Shown in pieces: positions 29,305 to 39,286 of a stretch of DNA of 64,000 nt. Each line of letters opens with the position of its first letter. Position 1 is the stretch's first letter. The notes under the pieces were generated by a model that had not been told where the DNA came from, searched no databases, and saw only the letters and a program-made list of their open reading frames with translations. The translations under genes and the position numbers were made by a program. Location: contig SHYM01000001.1 in assembly GCA_009692805.1 (NCBI GenBank), forward strand, positions 2,831-66,830, written 5' to 3'. Source of the stretch: Dehalococcoidia bacterium (GTDB lineage Bacteria; Chloroflexota; Dehalococcoidia; SHYM01).

Positions 29305-29955
29305 GTGATGCCTGCAGCCACTTCTTCCAACGGCAAGGACGCCCGGGCCAATGGCCGGGGCGCACGGGAGCGCATCCTGGAGGCGGCGTCCAAGGTGCTG
29401 GCCGAGCGGGGCTACCAGCGGGCCAACCTGGACGAGATCATCAGCCTCTCAGGCACCTCCAAGGGCAGCTTCTACTTCCATTTCCCCAGCAAAGAGCAGA
29501 TGGTCGTGGGTCTGCTGGACCAGCTCAGCGCGAGGCTGGTCAAAAAGGTGGAGCAGTCCCTGGAGAAGGAGGAACGGCCCCTGCGCCGGATCGCCCTGGC
29601 CATCGACACCCTCATGTACACCTTCTCGCGGCGGCGCAAGCTGGCGCAGATGTTGCTCGTAAACGTCGCCGGCCAGGGCAAGGCCATGGATAGAAAGTTC
29701 CTGCCGGTGCACCGGCGCTTCGCCGCCCTGATCCAACGGGAGCTGGACCTCGCCGTGGCCGCCGGAGCCATCCCCCCTCAAGACACCGCCCTGGCCTCCC
29801 AAATGTGGCTGGGCGCCCTCCACGAAGTAATCCTGCGCTGGCTGCTGGCCGAGCATCCCACAGCCCTGAGCGAAGCCCTGCCCGCGCTGCGGGCCCTGCT
29901 GCTGCGCAGCGTGGGAGTTGACCCCGCCGCCCTCAAGAAGGAGCCCCGCGCTTGA
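29305..29955 (+). CDS. TetR/AcrR family transcriptional regulator
   Basis: RERILEAASKVLAERGYQRANLDEIISLSGTSKGSFYFHFPSKE, a TetR HTH. Confidence 0.8.
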   Translation: MMPAATSSNGKDARANGRGARERILEAASKVLAERGYQRANLDEIISLSGTSKGSFYFHFPSKEQMVVGLLDQLSARLVKKVEQSLEKEERPLRRIALAIDTLMYTFSRRRKLAQMLLVNVAGQGKAMDRKFLPVHRRFAALIQRELDLAVAAGAIPPQDTALASQMWLGALHEVILRWLLAEHPTALSEALPALRALLLRSVGVDPAALKKEPRA

Positions 29956-31364
29956 GCGACCACGTCAGCCCTACGGTGAGCCGGTCGCTGGTCGATGCCC
30001 TGGCGCAGGGCCGCTGGCGGGCGCTGAGCACCCGCCAGCAGGTGCTGGTGAGCGTGGCCTCCCCCCTCCCCGACATGCCGGACATCCCTTCTCTGTGGGA
30101 GGCGGCGGCGGGCAGCCCGTACCGAGCGCTCTGGGGGCGCCCCGCCCATGGATTCTGGATGGCGGGGCTGGGCGCAGCCCTCAGCCTGGGCGCGGGCGGC
30201 GTCCAGCAGTTCCCCCACGCCCAGGCCCAGCACCGGCGCTGGATGGAGTCGGCGGTGATCGCCGCGCCGGATATCCCTGGCACGGGACCCACCTGGTTCT
30301 GCGCCTTTCGCTTCGACCCCCAGACCCCGGCGGGCGAGGAGTGGCGTAGCCTGAGCGCGAGAGCCCTGGTGCTGCCCCGGTTGACCTTCGCCCGCGGCGC
30401 CCAAGGGTCGTGGCTCACCCTCAATGTCGCGGTGCAAGCTGACTCCGAGGTGGAGGCCATAGCCGACGGCCTGATCAAAGAGGCGGACACCTATTTGAGA
30501 CCCGCTAGCTCTACCGGCGCTGCCCCGCCAGCGCCGGTAGAGCTGACCGACGACGACCAGGCTAGAACCCGCTGGAACTCGGCCATGGAGAAGGCGCTGG
30601 GAGCCATCCAGGGTGGCCAGTTGGAGAAGATGGTGCTGGCGCGCCGGGTGCGCCTGCGCGGGGCGCAGCCCCTGGCCAGCGGAGCGGTGGTGAGAAAGCT
30701 GGCCGCCGACTATCCCCAGTGCTTGCTGTTCGCCTTCGCCGTCGGCGGCTCCTGCTTCCTGGGTGCCAGCCCGGAGCTCCTGGCGCGGCTGGACCAGGGC
30801 CAGCTGTCCAGCGCCTGCCTGGCGGGGTCCGCCCCCAGGGGCAGGGAGGCCGGCGAGGACGCAGCCTGGGGGCAGCGGCTCCTGGCCAGCGCCAAGGACC
30901 GCCGGGAGCATTCCCTGGTGGTCCAGGCGCTGCGCGAGGGCCTGACAGGGCTATGTTCCGACTTGCGGTGGAACGACTCCCCTGCTCTGGTGAAACTGCC
31001 CAATGTCCAGCACTTGCAGACCTCCTTCACCGGCGTAAGTCCACCCGGGCTCCACTTGCTGGAAGTCGTCCAGCGCCTTCATCCCACCCCCGCCGTGGGC
31101 GGCGTGCCCCAAGCGGCGGCGCTTGAAGCCATCCGCAGGCTAGAGGGCATGGACCGCGGGTGGTACGCCGGTCCCATCGGCTGGATGGACCGCCGCGGAG
31201 AGGGCGAGTTCGGGGTGGCGCTACGCTGCGCTCTCCTGCGGGGCGACAGCGCCCTCCTTTACGCCGGGGCCGGGATCGTGGCGGGCTCGGACAAGGACGA
31301 GGAATGGGCAGAGCTGGAGCTGAAGCTCAACGCCGTGCGCGCGGCCCTGGAGGGAACGCCCTAG
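29952..31364 (+). CDS. menF: isochorismate synthase
   Basis: Chorismate-binding C-terminal domain (…GGSCFLGASPELLARL…GWYAGPIGWMD…GAGIVAGSD). TTG start overlaps the TetR stop. Confidence 0.8.
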   Translation: MSDHVSPTVSRSLVDALAQGRWRALSTRQQVLVSVASPLPDMPDIPSLWEAAAGSPYRALWGRPAHGFWMAGLGAALSLGAGGVQQFPHAQAQHRRWMESAVIAAPDIPGTGPTWFCAFRFDPQTPAGEEWRSLSARALVLPRLTFARGAQGSWLTLNVAVQADSEVEAIADGLIKEADTYLRPASSTGAAPPAPVELTDDDQARTRWNSAMEKALGAIQGGQLEKMVLARRVRLRGAQPLASGAVVRKLAADYPQCLLFAFAVGGSCFLGASPELLARLDQGQLSSACLAGSAPRGREAGEDAAWGQRLLASAKDRREHSLVVQALREGLTGLCSDLRWNDSPALVKLPNVQHLQTSFTGVSPPGLHLLEVVQRLHPTPAVGGVPQAAALEAIRRLEGMDRGWYAGPIGWMDRRGEGEFGVALRCALLRGDSALLYAGAGIVAGSDKDEEWAELELKLNAVRAALEGTP

Positions 31365-31365
31365 C

Positions 31366-33150
31366 ATGGGCTACGAGAACCGCAACTACGCCTTCGCCGG
31401 GGCGCTGGTGGATGAGCTGGCGCGCTGCGGCCTGCGCCACATCTGCATCTGCCCCGGCTCCCGCTCCAGCCCCCTCGCCATCTCCTTCGCCCGCGAGCCC
31501 AGGGTGAAAACCTGGGTGCATTTGGACGAGCGCTCGGCCGGCTTCTTCGCCCTGGGCCTGGCGCGGGCCCTGGACGAGCCGGTGGCCATGGTCTGCAGCT
31601 CCGGCACGGCGGCGGCCAACTTCCTGCCGGCGGCGGTGGAGGCCCGCTTCGCCGAGGTCCCCCTAATCATCCTCACCGCTGACCGGCCGCCCGAGCTCCG
31701 GGAGTGGGGGGCGAACCAGACTATCTATCAGGCGGGGCTTTACGGCCCCCACGCCAAGTGGTCGGTGGACGTGCCGCCGCCGGAGCCGACCCCTGACCTG
31801 ATGCGCTACGCGCGTGCCCTGGCGTGCCGGGCCTACGCCACCGCCCGGGCCCAGCCCGCCGGCCCGGTGCACCTCAACATCCCCTTTCGGGAGCCCCTGG
31901 TGCCCACGCCCGTGCCGGGGGACACCCCGGGAGCTCTCGATGCGGCGGCCGGCGAAGCCTGGTGGGGCCGCGCCGACGGGCGACCCTTCGCTCAGGCCAG
32001 CGGCGGCGAGCTGACGCCGGACCAGGGGGCCCTGGAGCGGCTGGCCGCAGACCTGAGGCACCAGGAGCGCGGGGTCATCGTCTGCGGCCCCCAGTCCACG
32101 GCCGCATTCCCGGCCCAGGTCGCCCGCCTGGCCGCCTGCCTGGGCTATCCAATCCTGGCCGACCCCCTGTCGCAGGTGCGGGCCGGGGGACACGACCGAA
32201 GCCTGGTGATCAGCACCTACGACACCCTGCTGAAGGACCCCGACCTGGCCGCTCGCCTGGCGCCCGACGTGGTTCTGCGGTGCGGCGACACGCCCGCGTC
32301 CAAGGCCCTGACGCTATTCCTGGAGGGGGCCGCCCGCGCCCGCCACATCCTGGTGCAAAGGGCTGGCTGGAGCGACCCCAGCCATCAGGCGTCCGACGTG
32401 GTTCACGGCGAGCCCAGCCTGGTGTGCCAGGGCCTGGCCCGGCGCCTCGGGGACAAAGCGACGAGTTCCTCCTGGACCGCGGACTGGCTGGATCGCGAAA
32501 AGGCGGTACGACGGGCCCTGGACGCCGGGGTAGGGGAGATGCAGGAGCTTTTCGAGGGCAGGGTGTTCACGGAGGTTGCTGCTCTTATGCCTGAGGGGGG
32601 CGCCATCTTCGCCGGGAACAGCATGCCGGTGCGGGACCTGGACACCTTCTTCCCTTGCATCGAGAAGACTATTCGCTGCCTGGCCAACCGGGGCGCCAGC
32701 GGCATCGACGGCGTCGTCTCCACCGCCCTGGGGGCCAGCGCGGCGCTGCCGGGCCGGTTAGTCCTGGTCCTGGGCGACCTCTCCTTCTATCACGATATGA
32801 ACGGCCTCCTGGCCGCCCGGCGCCATCGGCTCAACGCCACCATCATCGTGGTCAACAACAACGGCGGGGGCATCTTCTCCTTCTTGCCTCAGGCCGCCCA
32901 CCAGGACGTCTTCGAGGAGTATTTCGGCACGCCCCACGGGCTGGAGTTTCGAGCGGCGGCGGCCTTGTACAACCTCCCCTACGCCAAGGTCTCGTCCTGG
33001 CCGGAGTTCCGGACGGCGCTGGCGCGGAGCCTCTCGGCACAAGGGGTCAGCCTGATCGAGGTGCCAGGCGACCGGGCTCGGAACGTAGAGCTCCACCGGC
33101 AGCTCACGGCGTCGGTGCTCCAGGCGGCGCGGGGCGGGAGGGCCGTCTAG
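31366..33150 (+). CDS. menD: 2-succinyl-5-enolpyruvyl-6-hydroxy-3-cyclohexene-1-carboxylate synthase
   Basis: N-terminus ALVDELARCGLRHICICPGSRSSPLAISFA typical of MenD. A TPP-binding GDLSFYHD region is present. Confidence 0.85.
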   Translation: MGYENRNYAFAGALVDELARCGLRHICICPGSRSSPLAISFAREPRVKTWVHLDERSAGFFALGLARALDEPVAMVCSSGTAAANFLPAAVEARFAEVPLIILTADRPPELREWGANQTIYQAGLYGPHAKWSVDVPPPEPTPDLMRYARALACRAYATARAQPAGPVHLNIPFREPLVPTPVPGDTPGALDAAAGEAWWGRADGRPFAQASGGELTPDQGALERLAADLRHQERGVIVCGPQSTAAFPAQVARLAACLGYPILADPLSQVRAGGHDRSLVISTYDTLLKDPDLAARLAPDVVLRCGDTPASKALTLFLEGAARARHILVQRAGWSDPSHQASDVVHGEPSLVCQGLARRLGDKATSSSWTADWLDREKAVRRALDAGVGEMQELFEGRVFTEVAALMPEGGAIFAGNSMPVRDLDTFFPCIEKTIRCLANRGASGIDGVVSTALGASAALPGRLVLVLGDLSFYHDMNGLLAARRHRLNATIIVVNNNGGGIFSFLPQAAHQDVFEEYFGTPHGLEFRAAAALYNLPYAKVSSWPEFRTALARSLSAQGVSLIEVPGDRARNVELHRQLTASVLQAARGGRAV

Positions 33151-33152
33151 CC

Positions 33153-34046
33153 ATGGCCAGGGTCCTGGTGAACGGAGTGAAGCTGAACGTAGCGGTGGGG
33201 GGCAGCGGCCCACCCTTGGTGGCTCTCCACGGTTTCACCGGGGACATGGATACCTGGCACAGCTTCGCCCGCGCGGCGGCCCGCCACCAGCACACCGTGG
33301 TCCGCATTGACCTGCTGGGCCACGGCCGCTCCGACTGTCCCTCCGACCCCCAGCGCTACTCCATGGAACGCTGCGCCGAGGACCTGATAGGGGTGCTGGA
33401 CGTCCTCGGCATCGGGCGCGCCGCCTGGATGGGCTACTCCCTCGGGGGCCGCATCGCCTTGGGCGTGGCCCTCGCCGCCCCGGAGCGCTGTCTGGCGCTG
33501 GTGCTGGAGGGGGGCTCCCCCGGCCTGGCCGACCAGGCTGAGCGGGCCCAGAGGTTGGCCAGCGATGAGGGGCTGGCCCGGCTCCTGGAGGAGAGGGGCG
33601 TCCCCAGCTTTGTCGAGGTGTGGGAGGCCCAGCCCCTCTGGGCCAGCCAGCGGCGCCTCCCTCCCGCGGAGCGCCTGCGGCTGCGGGCCCAGAGGCTACG
33701 CAACAGGCCCGCGGGGCTGGCGGGCAGCCTGCGGGGCATCGGCACCGGCGCCCAGCCCTCTTATCACCACCGCCTGAGTGGCTTGCCTCTGCCAACGCTC
33801 ATGGTAGTCGGGGAGGAGGACTCGAAGTTCCGCGAGATCGCCCAGGCGATGTGTCGCCTGATCACGGCCAGCCAGCTGGCCGTGATCCCCGAGGCCGGCC
33901 ACACCACCCACCTGGAGCAGCCGGAGCGCTTTAACCGCGCGGTCCTGGACTTCTTGCAGCGGCACCGGGGAACCCCAGGGGCCATCTCGGCGGCTGGGGC
34001 GAGCGCCGGTCACGCCGCCACCGCACCCCCCACGTCCGTACCGTAG
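33153..34046 (+). CDS. menH: 2-succinyl-6-hydroxy-2,4-cyclohexadiene-1-carboxylate synthase (alpha/beta hydrolase)
   Basis: LVALHGFTGDMDTWH and the GYSLGGRIAL nucleophile elbow. The ATG is 3 nt after the menD stop. The long track ORF is a read-through frame. Confidence 0.75.
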   Translation: MARVLVNGVKLNVAVGGSGPPLVALHGFTGDMDTWHSFARAAARHQHTVVRIDLLGHGRSDCPSDPQRYSMERCAEDLIGVLDVLGIGRAAWMGYSLGGRIALGVALAAPERCLALVLEGGSPGLADQAERAQRLASDEGLARLLEERGVPSFVEVWEAQPLWASQRRLPPAERLRLRAQRLRNRPAGLAGSLRGIGTGAQPSYHHRLSGLPLPTLMVVGEEDSKFREIAQAMCRLITASQLAVIPEAGHTTHLEQPERFNRAVLDFLQRHRGTPGAISAAGASAGHAATAPPTSVP

Positions 34047-35197
34047 CGGGCCAGCGCGGCCTCATCCAGGGCCACGCCGAGGCCCGGACCGCGGGGAACA
34101 GTCAGCAACCCCGCCACCGGCAGCAGCGGCTGCGCCAGCAGGTCGCTCTCCAGCAGCAACCCGGTGGCGAGGCCGCTGGCGGGCCCCCCGGGACGCCCGG
34201 CCATCGCTAGGTGTAGCGAGGCCGCAAGCCCTATGCCGGTCTCCAGGGACGAGGTGACCACGGCTGGCAGGCCCCGCTCCTCCGCCAGCCGCAGGATCGC
34301 CAGGGACTCCACCAGGCCACCCACCCTGGCGGCCTTGACGACCAGCACGTCCGCGGCAGCGGCTTGCAGGACCAGCCGGGCGTCGGCCAGGCTGCCCACC
34401 GCCTCGTCGGCGGCGATGGGCACGCTCACGGAGCGCCGCACCTGGGCCAAGCCTAGCAAGTCAGCGCCCGCGACCGGTTGCTCCACGTACTCCAGTTGAA
34501 ACCGCTGGAGGAGAGCGATGGCCTCAATCGCCTCCCCCACGCTCCAGGCCTGGTTGGCGTCCACCCGTAGCTTCACCGTCGGGCCCACGGCGGAGCGGAC
34601 CGCCTCCAGAATAGCGACGTCCAGGTCGCGATCATGGCCAGCGAGCTTGAGCTTCAGGCTTCTAAACCCCTGCGCCACGGCCTCGGCGGCGAGCCTGGCC
34701 GCCTCAGGCGGCGACTCCGAGCCGATGAGGGCGTTGACCGCCAGGGGCCGCGGCTCGGCGCCCAGGAGGGCGGCCAGCGGACGCCCTAGCGCCTTGCCGG
34801 TAGCATTATAGGAGGCGGTCTCCAGCGCGAAGCGCAGGGCCTTGGCCGCGGCCTCGTTCTCCAGGGTGGCGCTGGCCACGGGCGCCAGAGTGGCGCGGGC
34901 CACTGCTGGGACCTCCGCGAGGGGCAGGCCCAGGAACCGCGGGGCGCATTCGCGCAGCAGAGCCGCCAGGCCCCGCAGGCCGGCGGCGCCGCCGGCGGTC
35001 TCGATCTCCGCGGCCTCTCCCAGGCCCGTGATACCGTCCTGGGTATGGAGGCTGACCAGCAAGCTGTAGCGTGCCGCGGCCTGGCCCTGAGCGGTGACGT
35101 AGCGGCGCCTAAATGGCACCCGCATGCCGCGCCATTCGACCTTGGCCACCAGGGTGGATGCCTGCGGGGCTCGCTTATGACTGGCCTCACCATGCAT
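34010..35197 (-). CDS. menC: o-succinylbenzoate synthase (enolase superfamily)
   Basis: KLRVDANQAW...EYVEQP...IAADE metal-ligand motifs. Start placed at MHGEASHK. The GTG at 35230 falls inside a repeat element. Convergent with menH, overlapping its 3' end. Confidence 0.75.
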   Translation of the reverse strand: MHGEASHKRAPQASTLVAKVEWRGMRVPFRRRYVTAQGQAAARYSLLVSLHTQDGITGLGEAAEIETAGGAAGLRGLAALLRECAPRFLGLPLAEVPAVARATLAPVASATLENEAAAKALRFALETASYNATGKALGRPLAALLGAEPRPLAVNALIGSESPPEAARLAAEAVAQGFRSLKLKLAGHDRDLDVAILEAVRSAVGPTVKLRVDANQAWSVGEAIEAIALLQRFQLEYVEQPVAGADLLGLAQVRRSVSVPIAADEAVGSLADARLVLQAAAADVLVVKAARVGGLVESLAILRLAEERGLPAVVTSSLETGIGLAASLHLAMAGRPGGPASGLATGLLLESDLLAQPLLPVAGLLTVPRGPGLGVALDEAALARYGTDVGGAVAA

Positions 35198-35221
35198 AGG
35201 GCCATTGTACGGCCCTCGCCA

Positions 35222-35470
35222 GCTTTGCACTGAAAGCGGCGTTCAGAGAGTCTCTGCGCCCTTCAAGAGCCATCGACCATCCCCCTTGTATCTTATCTAG
35301 TGACGGGGCAGACCCAATCCCCCGGTTCCTGGCCTCGCCAGCCTTATACAAGAATGGCATCCTGCCAGAAACGAGGGAGAGCAGAGTCCCGATGCTCGGG
35401 ATCTGCCGGGGGATGGTCGAGGGCATCCTCAGGGAGAGCCAGGCCGAAGAAAGCGAGACTTTCGTGCAAG
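35222..35470. repeat. MITE-like intergenic repeat, copy C (with terminal inverted repeats TTGCAC.GAAAG)
   Basis: Left end CTTTGCACTGAAAGCGGCG; right end CGAGACTTTCGTGCAAGG, its reverse complement. Inside are the CCATCGACCATCCCCC box and the GCAGAGTCCCGATGCTCGGGATCTGCCGGGGG hairpin, inverted relative to copies A and B. Confidence 0.7.
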
Positions 35471-35648
35471 GCCACCCTAGCCCATTACCATCACGGGCGA
35501 TGGGTCTGCGCAGTCGTTGTTGACAAGGTACCCGACGCCGTTATTATTGGTGCGCGGCGCGCGTTGCCCCTATGTTTTTATTCCGAGCTGAGGCCAGCGT
35601 CCCACCGCGGCCCCCGGCAGGCCCTCGTCAGCGAAGGAGATTGCACCT

Positions 35649-37046
35649 ATGCCCAAGAAGCCACGGAGCTTAGGCGAGCTACGCAAAAGCGGCTACAAGC
35701 CCAACACCGTCAAGTACGAGCTCCGGCGCAACTTGATCCGCAAGATCAAGGCCCGGGAGGAGATCTTCCCGGGGATCGTCGGCTACGATGAAACCGTCAT
35801 CCCCCATATGCTGAACGCCATCTTGTCCGGGCAGGACATGATCCTCCTAGGCGAGCGGGGACAGGCCAAGAGCCGGTTGGCGCGCAGCCTGGTGAACCTC
35901 CTGGACGACGAGACGCCCATCATCAGCGGCTCCGAGCTCAACGACGATCCCTTCCGGCCCCTTAGCAAGTTCGCCCGCGAGCAAGTGGAGGCCCACGGCG
36001 ATGAGACGGAGATCGACTGGCTTCCCAAGGAGCAACGCTACTCGGAGAAGCTGGCCACTCCGGATATAACCATCGCCGACCTCATAGGCGAGGTGGACCC
36101 GATCCGGGTGGCGGAAGGGCGCTATCTCTCCGACGAGCTGACGATCCACTATGGACTGATACCCCGGACCAATCGAGGGATCTTCGCCATCAATGAGCTC
36201 CCCGACCTGGCGGAGCGCATCCAGGTCGGGCTCTTCAACCTCATGGAGGAGCGGGACATTCAGATCCGCGGGTACCGTATCCGGCTACCCCTGGACGTCT
36301 ACATCGTGGCCAGCGCCAACCCCGAGGACTACACCAACCGCGGGCGGATCATCACCCCGCTGAAGGACCGCTACGGGTCACAGGTCCGCACCCACTACCC
36401 CAAGAGCCTCGACCTGGAGATGGAGATCATGGAGCGGGAGCACAAAGTCCTGGGCGACGGCCCTCCCAAGGTGTGGGTGCCCCCCTTCATGAAGGAGGTC
36501 ATCGCCGAGCTCACGGCCCTGGCCCGCAAGAGCGCCGACATCAACCAGCGCTCGGGCGTCAGCGTGCGCATCTCCATCGCCAACTATGAGAATATCGTGA
36601 GCAACGCCGTGCGCCGGGCCGTCCTCGCTGGGGAGGAGGAGGCGGTGCCACGGATTAGCGACCTGCCCTACGTGCTGCCCTCCACCACCGGCAAGATCGA
36701 GCTGGAGAGCGTGGAGGAGGGCCGCGAGGAGCACCTCATCACCCAGCTGCTTCAGCGGGCCGTGCTCAACACCTTCAACCGCTACTTCGCCGGCCGGCCC
36801 TTCGAAGAGCTGGTGGCCCAGTTCGATGCCGGTGCCACTGCCGAGACCTCGGAGATAAAGCCCGCCACCGACTACGTGAAGCTCCTCAAGAAGCTGCCCG
36901 CCTTCGAGGCCGGCTTCAAGGAGCTGGGCATCCAGGAAACACCCGCCGCCAAGGCCTCCGGCATGGAGTTCATCCTGGAGGGGCTCCACCTGAACCGGAG
37001 GCTCAACAAGGAGAAGGTGGAGGGGGTCGTTCGCTACCGGGGGTAG
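35649..37046 (+). CDS. AAA+ ATPase, Mg-chelatase ChlI/BchI-like family
   Basis: Walker A (LLGERGQAKS), Walker B (IFAINELPDL) and an arginine-finger region, with a GAAGGAG RBS. Confidence 0.7.
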   Translation: MPKKPRSLGELRKSGYKPNTVKYELRRNLIRKIKAREEIFPGIVGYDETVIPHMLNAILSGQDMILLGERGQAKSRLARSLVNLLDDETPIISGSELNDDPFRPLSKFAREQVEAHGDETEIDWLPKEQRYSEKLATPDITIADLIGEVDPIRVAEGRYLSDELTIHYGLIPRTNRGIFAINELPDLAERIQVGLFNLMEERDIQIRGYRIRLPLDVYIVASANPEDYTNRGRIITPLKDRYGSQVRTHYPKSLDLEMEIMEREHKVLGDGPPKVWVPPFMKEVIAELTALARKSADINQRSGVSVRISIANYENIVSNAVRRAVLAGEEEAVPRISDLPYVLPSTTGKIELESVEEGREEHLITQLLQRAVLNTFNRYFAGRPFEELVAQFDAGATAETSEIKPATDYVKLLKKLPAFEAGFKELGIQETPAAKASGMEFILEGLHLNRRLNKEKVEGVVRYRG

Positions 37047-37050
37047 GCGC

Positions 37051-39087
37051 ATGGGCTACCTCTACTCCAAGTGGGACGGCGCCCAGAGCTCGGGCGCTCT
37101 CCACAGCGGCCAGCTCATGGACGAGCTGGCGCAGCACCTTCTGACCTCCGCAGACCTGTCCCAGGCCCTCCGCTCCCTGCTCCAGCGCGGGTTGCGCTCA
37201 CCCTCCGGCGACAGGGTCCCCGGCATCCAGGACCTGCTTGAAAAGCTCCGCCAGCGGCGCCAGCAAGCACTGGCGCAATACAATCTGGAAGCCGCCGTGG
37301 ATAGCCTGCGCCAGCAGTTGGACCGCGTCCTGTCCAGCGAGCGCGGCGGCATCGAGCGCAGGCTACAGGAGGCCCGCCAGCGCGCCGACGACGCGGGCCA
37401 GGCCCCTGGCCCCATCTCCTTTGAGGAGACCCAACATCTCCTGGATCTCCTAGAGCGCCTGTCGGCACAGCACCGCTCGGCCCTCGATGCCATCCCCCGC
37501 GACCTGGGCGGCGCTGTCAAGGGGCTCTCCCGCTACGATTTCATGGACGGGCAGGCCAAGGCCCAGTTCGATCAGCTGCTCCAGCTCCTCCAGCAGAAGA
37601 TGCTGGAGTCCCACCTTAAGGACCTGGCGCAGCGCTTCCGCGGCCTGAGCCCCCAGGAGAGCCAGCGACTGCGGGAGATGCTGGAGCAGCTGAACGGACT
37701 GCTGGAACAGGGGTTGCGCGGTCTGGAGCCCGACCCGCACCCCTTCCTGGACCGTTTCGGCGGCGCCTTTGGCGAGCATCCCCCCGCGAGCCTGGATGAG
37801 CTGGCCCAACAGCTTCGCCACCAGGTGTCCCAGCTCCAGTCCCTGCTCAATAGCCTGCCCCAGCAGCTAAGGGAATCGCTCCAGCAGATGCTGGACGCCT
37901 CCATCCCCGACCAGGACCTCCGCGCGGAGCTGGCGCGGCTGGCGGCCAACCTGGAGGGGCTCCTCCCCCTACGTGGCAACCCCAGCGAATACCTCTTCAC
38001 GGGCGAAGAGCCCGTGACTCTGGAGGAGGCGCTGCGACTCATGGAGCGCCTCCAGGACCTCGACAACCTGGAGCGCCAGCTGCACCGGGCCCGCCAGAGT
38101 GGGAACCTGCGAGAGGTCGACCAAAAAGGCTTGGGCCAGCTCCTGGGGGCCGAGGCGGGACAGGACCTGGCCCAGCTGGAGCGCCTAACTGGCCTGCTGG
38201 AGGAATCGGGCTACATCCAGAAGCTCCAGAACGGCTACGAGCTGACGCCCCGCGGCGTGCGCAAGATCGGACAGAGGGCTCTCCAGGACATATTCGCCTA
38301 CATCAAAAAGGACCGCTGGGGAAAACATCCCTCCCGTCAGCCCGGTCAGGCGGGCGACCAGGAAGACGATACCAAGGGCTACGAGTTCGGCGACCCCTTC
38401 CGGCTCCACCTGGAGCGCACCTTCATGAACTCCCTGCTGAGGGAGGTCGGCTTACCGGTGCGGCTGCAGCCCTCCGACTTCGAGGTCTACCGCTCCCAGT
38501 ACCTCTCCCAGTGCGCCACCGTGCTCATGCTGGACCTGAGCCTCTCCATGGCCATGAAAGGCAGCTTCCTCGCCGCCAAGAAGGTGGCCTTGGCCTTGAA
38601 CGACCTGATCCGGACACAGTTCCCCCGCGACCGCCTCTACATCGTCGGCTTCTCCACCTACGCCCGCGAGCTGAAGGCCGCCCGCCTGCCCTATCTCTCC
38701 TGGGACGAGTTCGACCCCTACACCAACATGCAGCACGGCCTCGCCCTCTCCCAGAAGCTCCTCTCCAAGGACCGCTCCAGCAACAAGCAGATCATTATGA
38801 TCAGCGATGGCGAGCCCACTGCCCACATGGAGGCCGGGCGGCTCTACCTGGGCTACCCACCCAGCCCCCGCACCCTGGAGCAGACCCTGCGCGAGGTGAA
38901 GCGCTGCACCCAGCAGGGCATCACCATCAACACCTTCATGCTCGACCGCAGCGCCTACCTGGTGGAATTCGTCAGCCAGCTCACCAAGGTCAACCGCGGA
39001 CGGGTCTTCTACACCAGCCCTGAAAAGCTGGGGCAATACCTGCTGGTCGATTACCTGTCTGACCGCCGTCACCGGGTGGTCCGCTAA
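37051..39087 (+). CDS. VWA-domain protein with long N-terminal coiled-coil region (ChlD/CoxE-like partner of the AAA+ ATPase)
   Basis: C-terminal VWA MIDAS (VLMLDLSLSMAM...IIMISDGEPT). Starts 4 nt after the ATPase gene stop. Confidence 0.7.
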   Translation: MGYLYSKWDGAQSSGALHSGQLMDELAQHLLTSADLSQALRSLLQRGLRSPSGDRVPGIQDLLEKLRQRRQQALAQYNLEAAVDSLRQQLDRVLSSERGGIERRLQEARQRADDAGQAPGPISFEETQHLLDLLERLSAQHRSALDAIPRDLGGAVKGLSRYDFMDGQAKAQFDQLLQLLQQKMLESHLKDLAQRFRGLSPQESQRLREMLEQLNGLLEQGLRGLEPDPHPFLDRFGGAFGEHPPASLDELAQQLRHQVSQLQSLLNSLPQQLRESLQQMLDASIPDQDLRAELARLAANLEGLLPLRGNPSEYLFTGEEPVTLEEALRLMERLQDLDNLERQLHRARQSGNLREVDQKGLGQLLGAEAGQDLAQLERLTGLLEESGYIQKLQNGYELTPRGVRKIGQRALQDIFAYIKKDRWGKHPSRQPGQAGDQEDDTKGYEFGDPFRLHLERTFMNSLLREVGLPVRLQPSDFEVYRSQYLSQCATVLMLDLSLSMAMKGSFLAAKKVALALNDLIRTQFPRDRLYIVGFSTYARELKAARLPYLSWDEFDPYTNMQHGLALSQKLLSKDRSSNKQIIMISDGEPTAHMEAGRLYLGYPPSPRTLEQTLREVKRCTQQGITINTFMLDRSAYLVEFVSQLTKVNRGRVFYTSPEKLGQYLLVDYLSDRRHRVVR

Positions 39088-39102
39088 TTTCAGGCGCACC
39101 GG

Positions 39103-39286
39103 CTTTTGCACGAAAAGTCAGTCAGTGTAGCGGGAGTGCAGAGGGCAGGCAGCCCTTTGTCGGAGTCATGGGTGTCCCCTCAACATCTTTCCCTCCCCCT
39201 TCGAGCCTTGCTCGAAAAGTCCGGCAAATCTGGCGAATCTCCTAGAGGAGAGTGCAGAGTCCCGATGCTCGGGATCTGCCGGGGGG
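39103..39286. repeat. MITE-like intergenic repeat, copy D
   Basis: TTTTGCACGAAAAGTCAG...GGGAGTGCAGAGGGCAGGC...CTTGCTCGAAAAGTCCGG...GAGAGTGCAGAGTCCCGATGCTCGGGATCTGCCGGGGGG. Confidence 0.65.

Noticed and set aside
29778-30911. 377-aa minus-strand ORF opposite menF
   Set aside because: It is antisense to isochorismate synthase and low-complexity.
32655-33152. Upstream extension of the menH ORF (463 aa) overlapping the menD 3' end
   Set aside because: It is an out-of-frame read-through of menD. Alpha/beta-hydrolase homology begins at the ATG at 33153.
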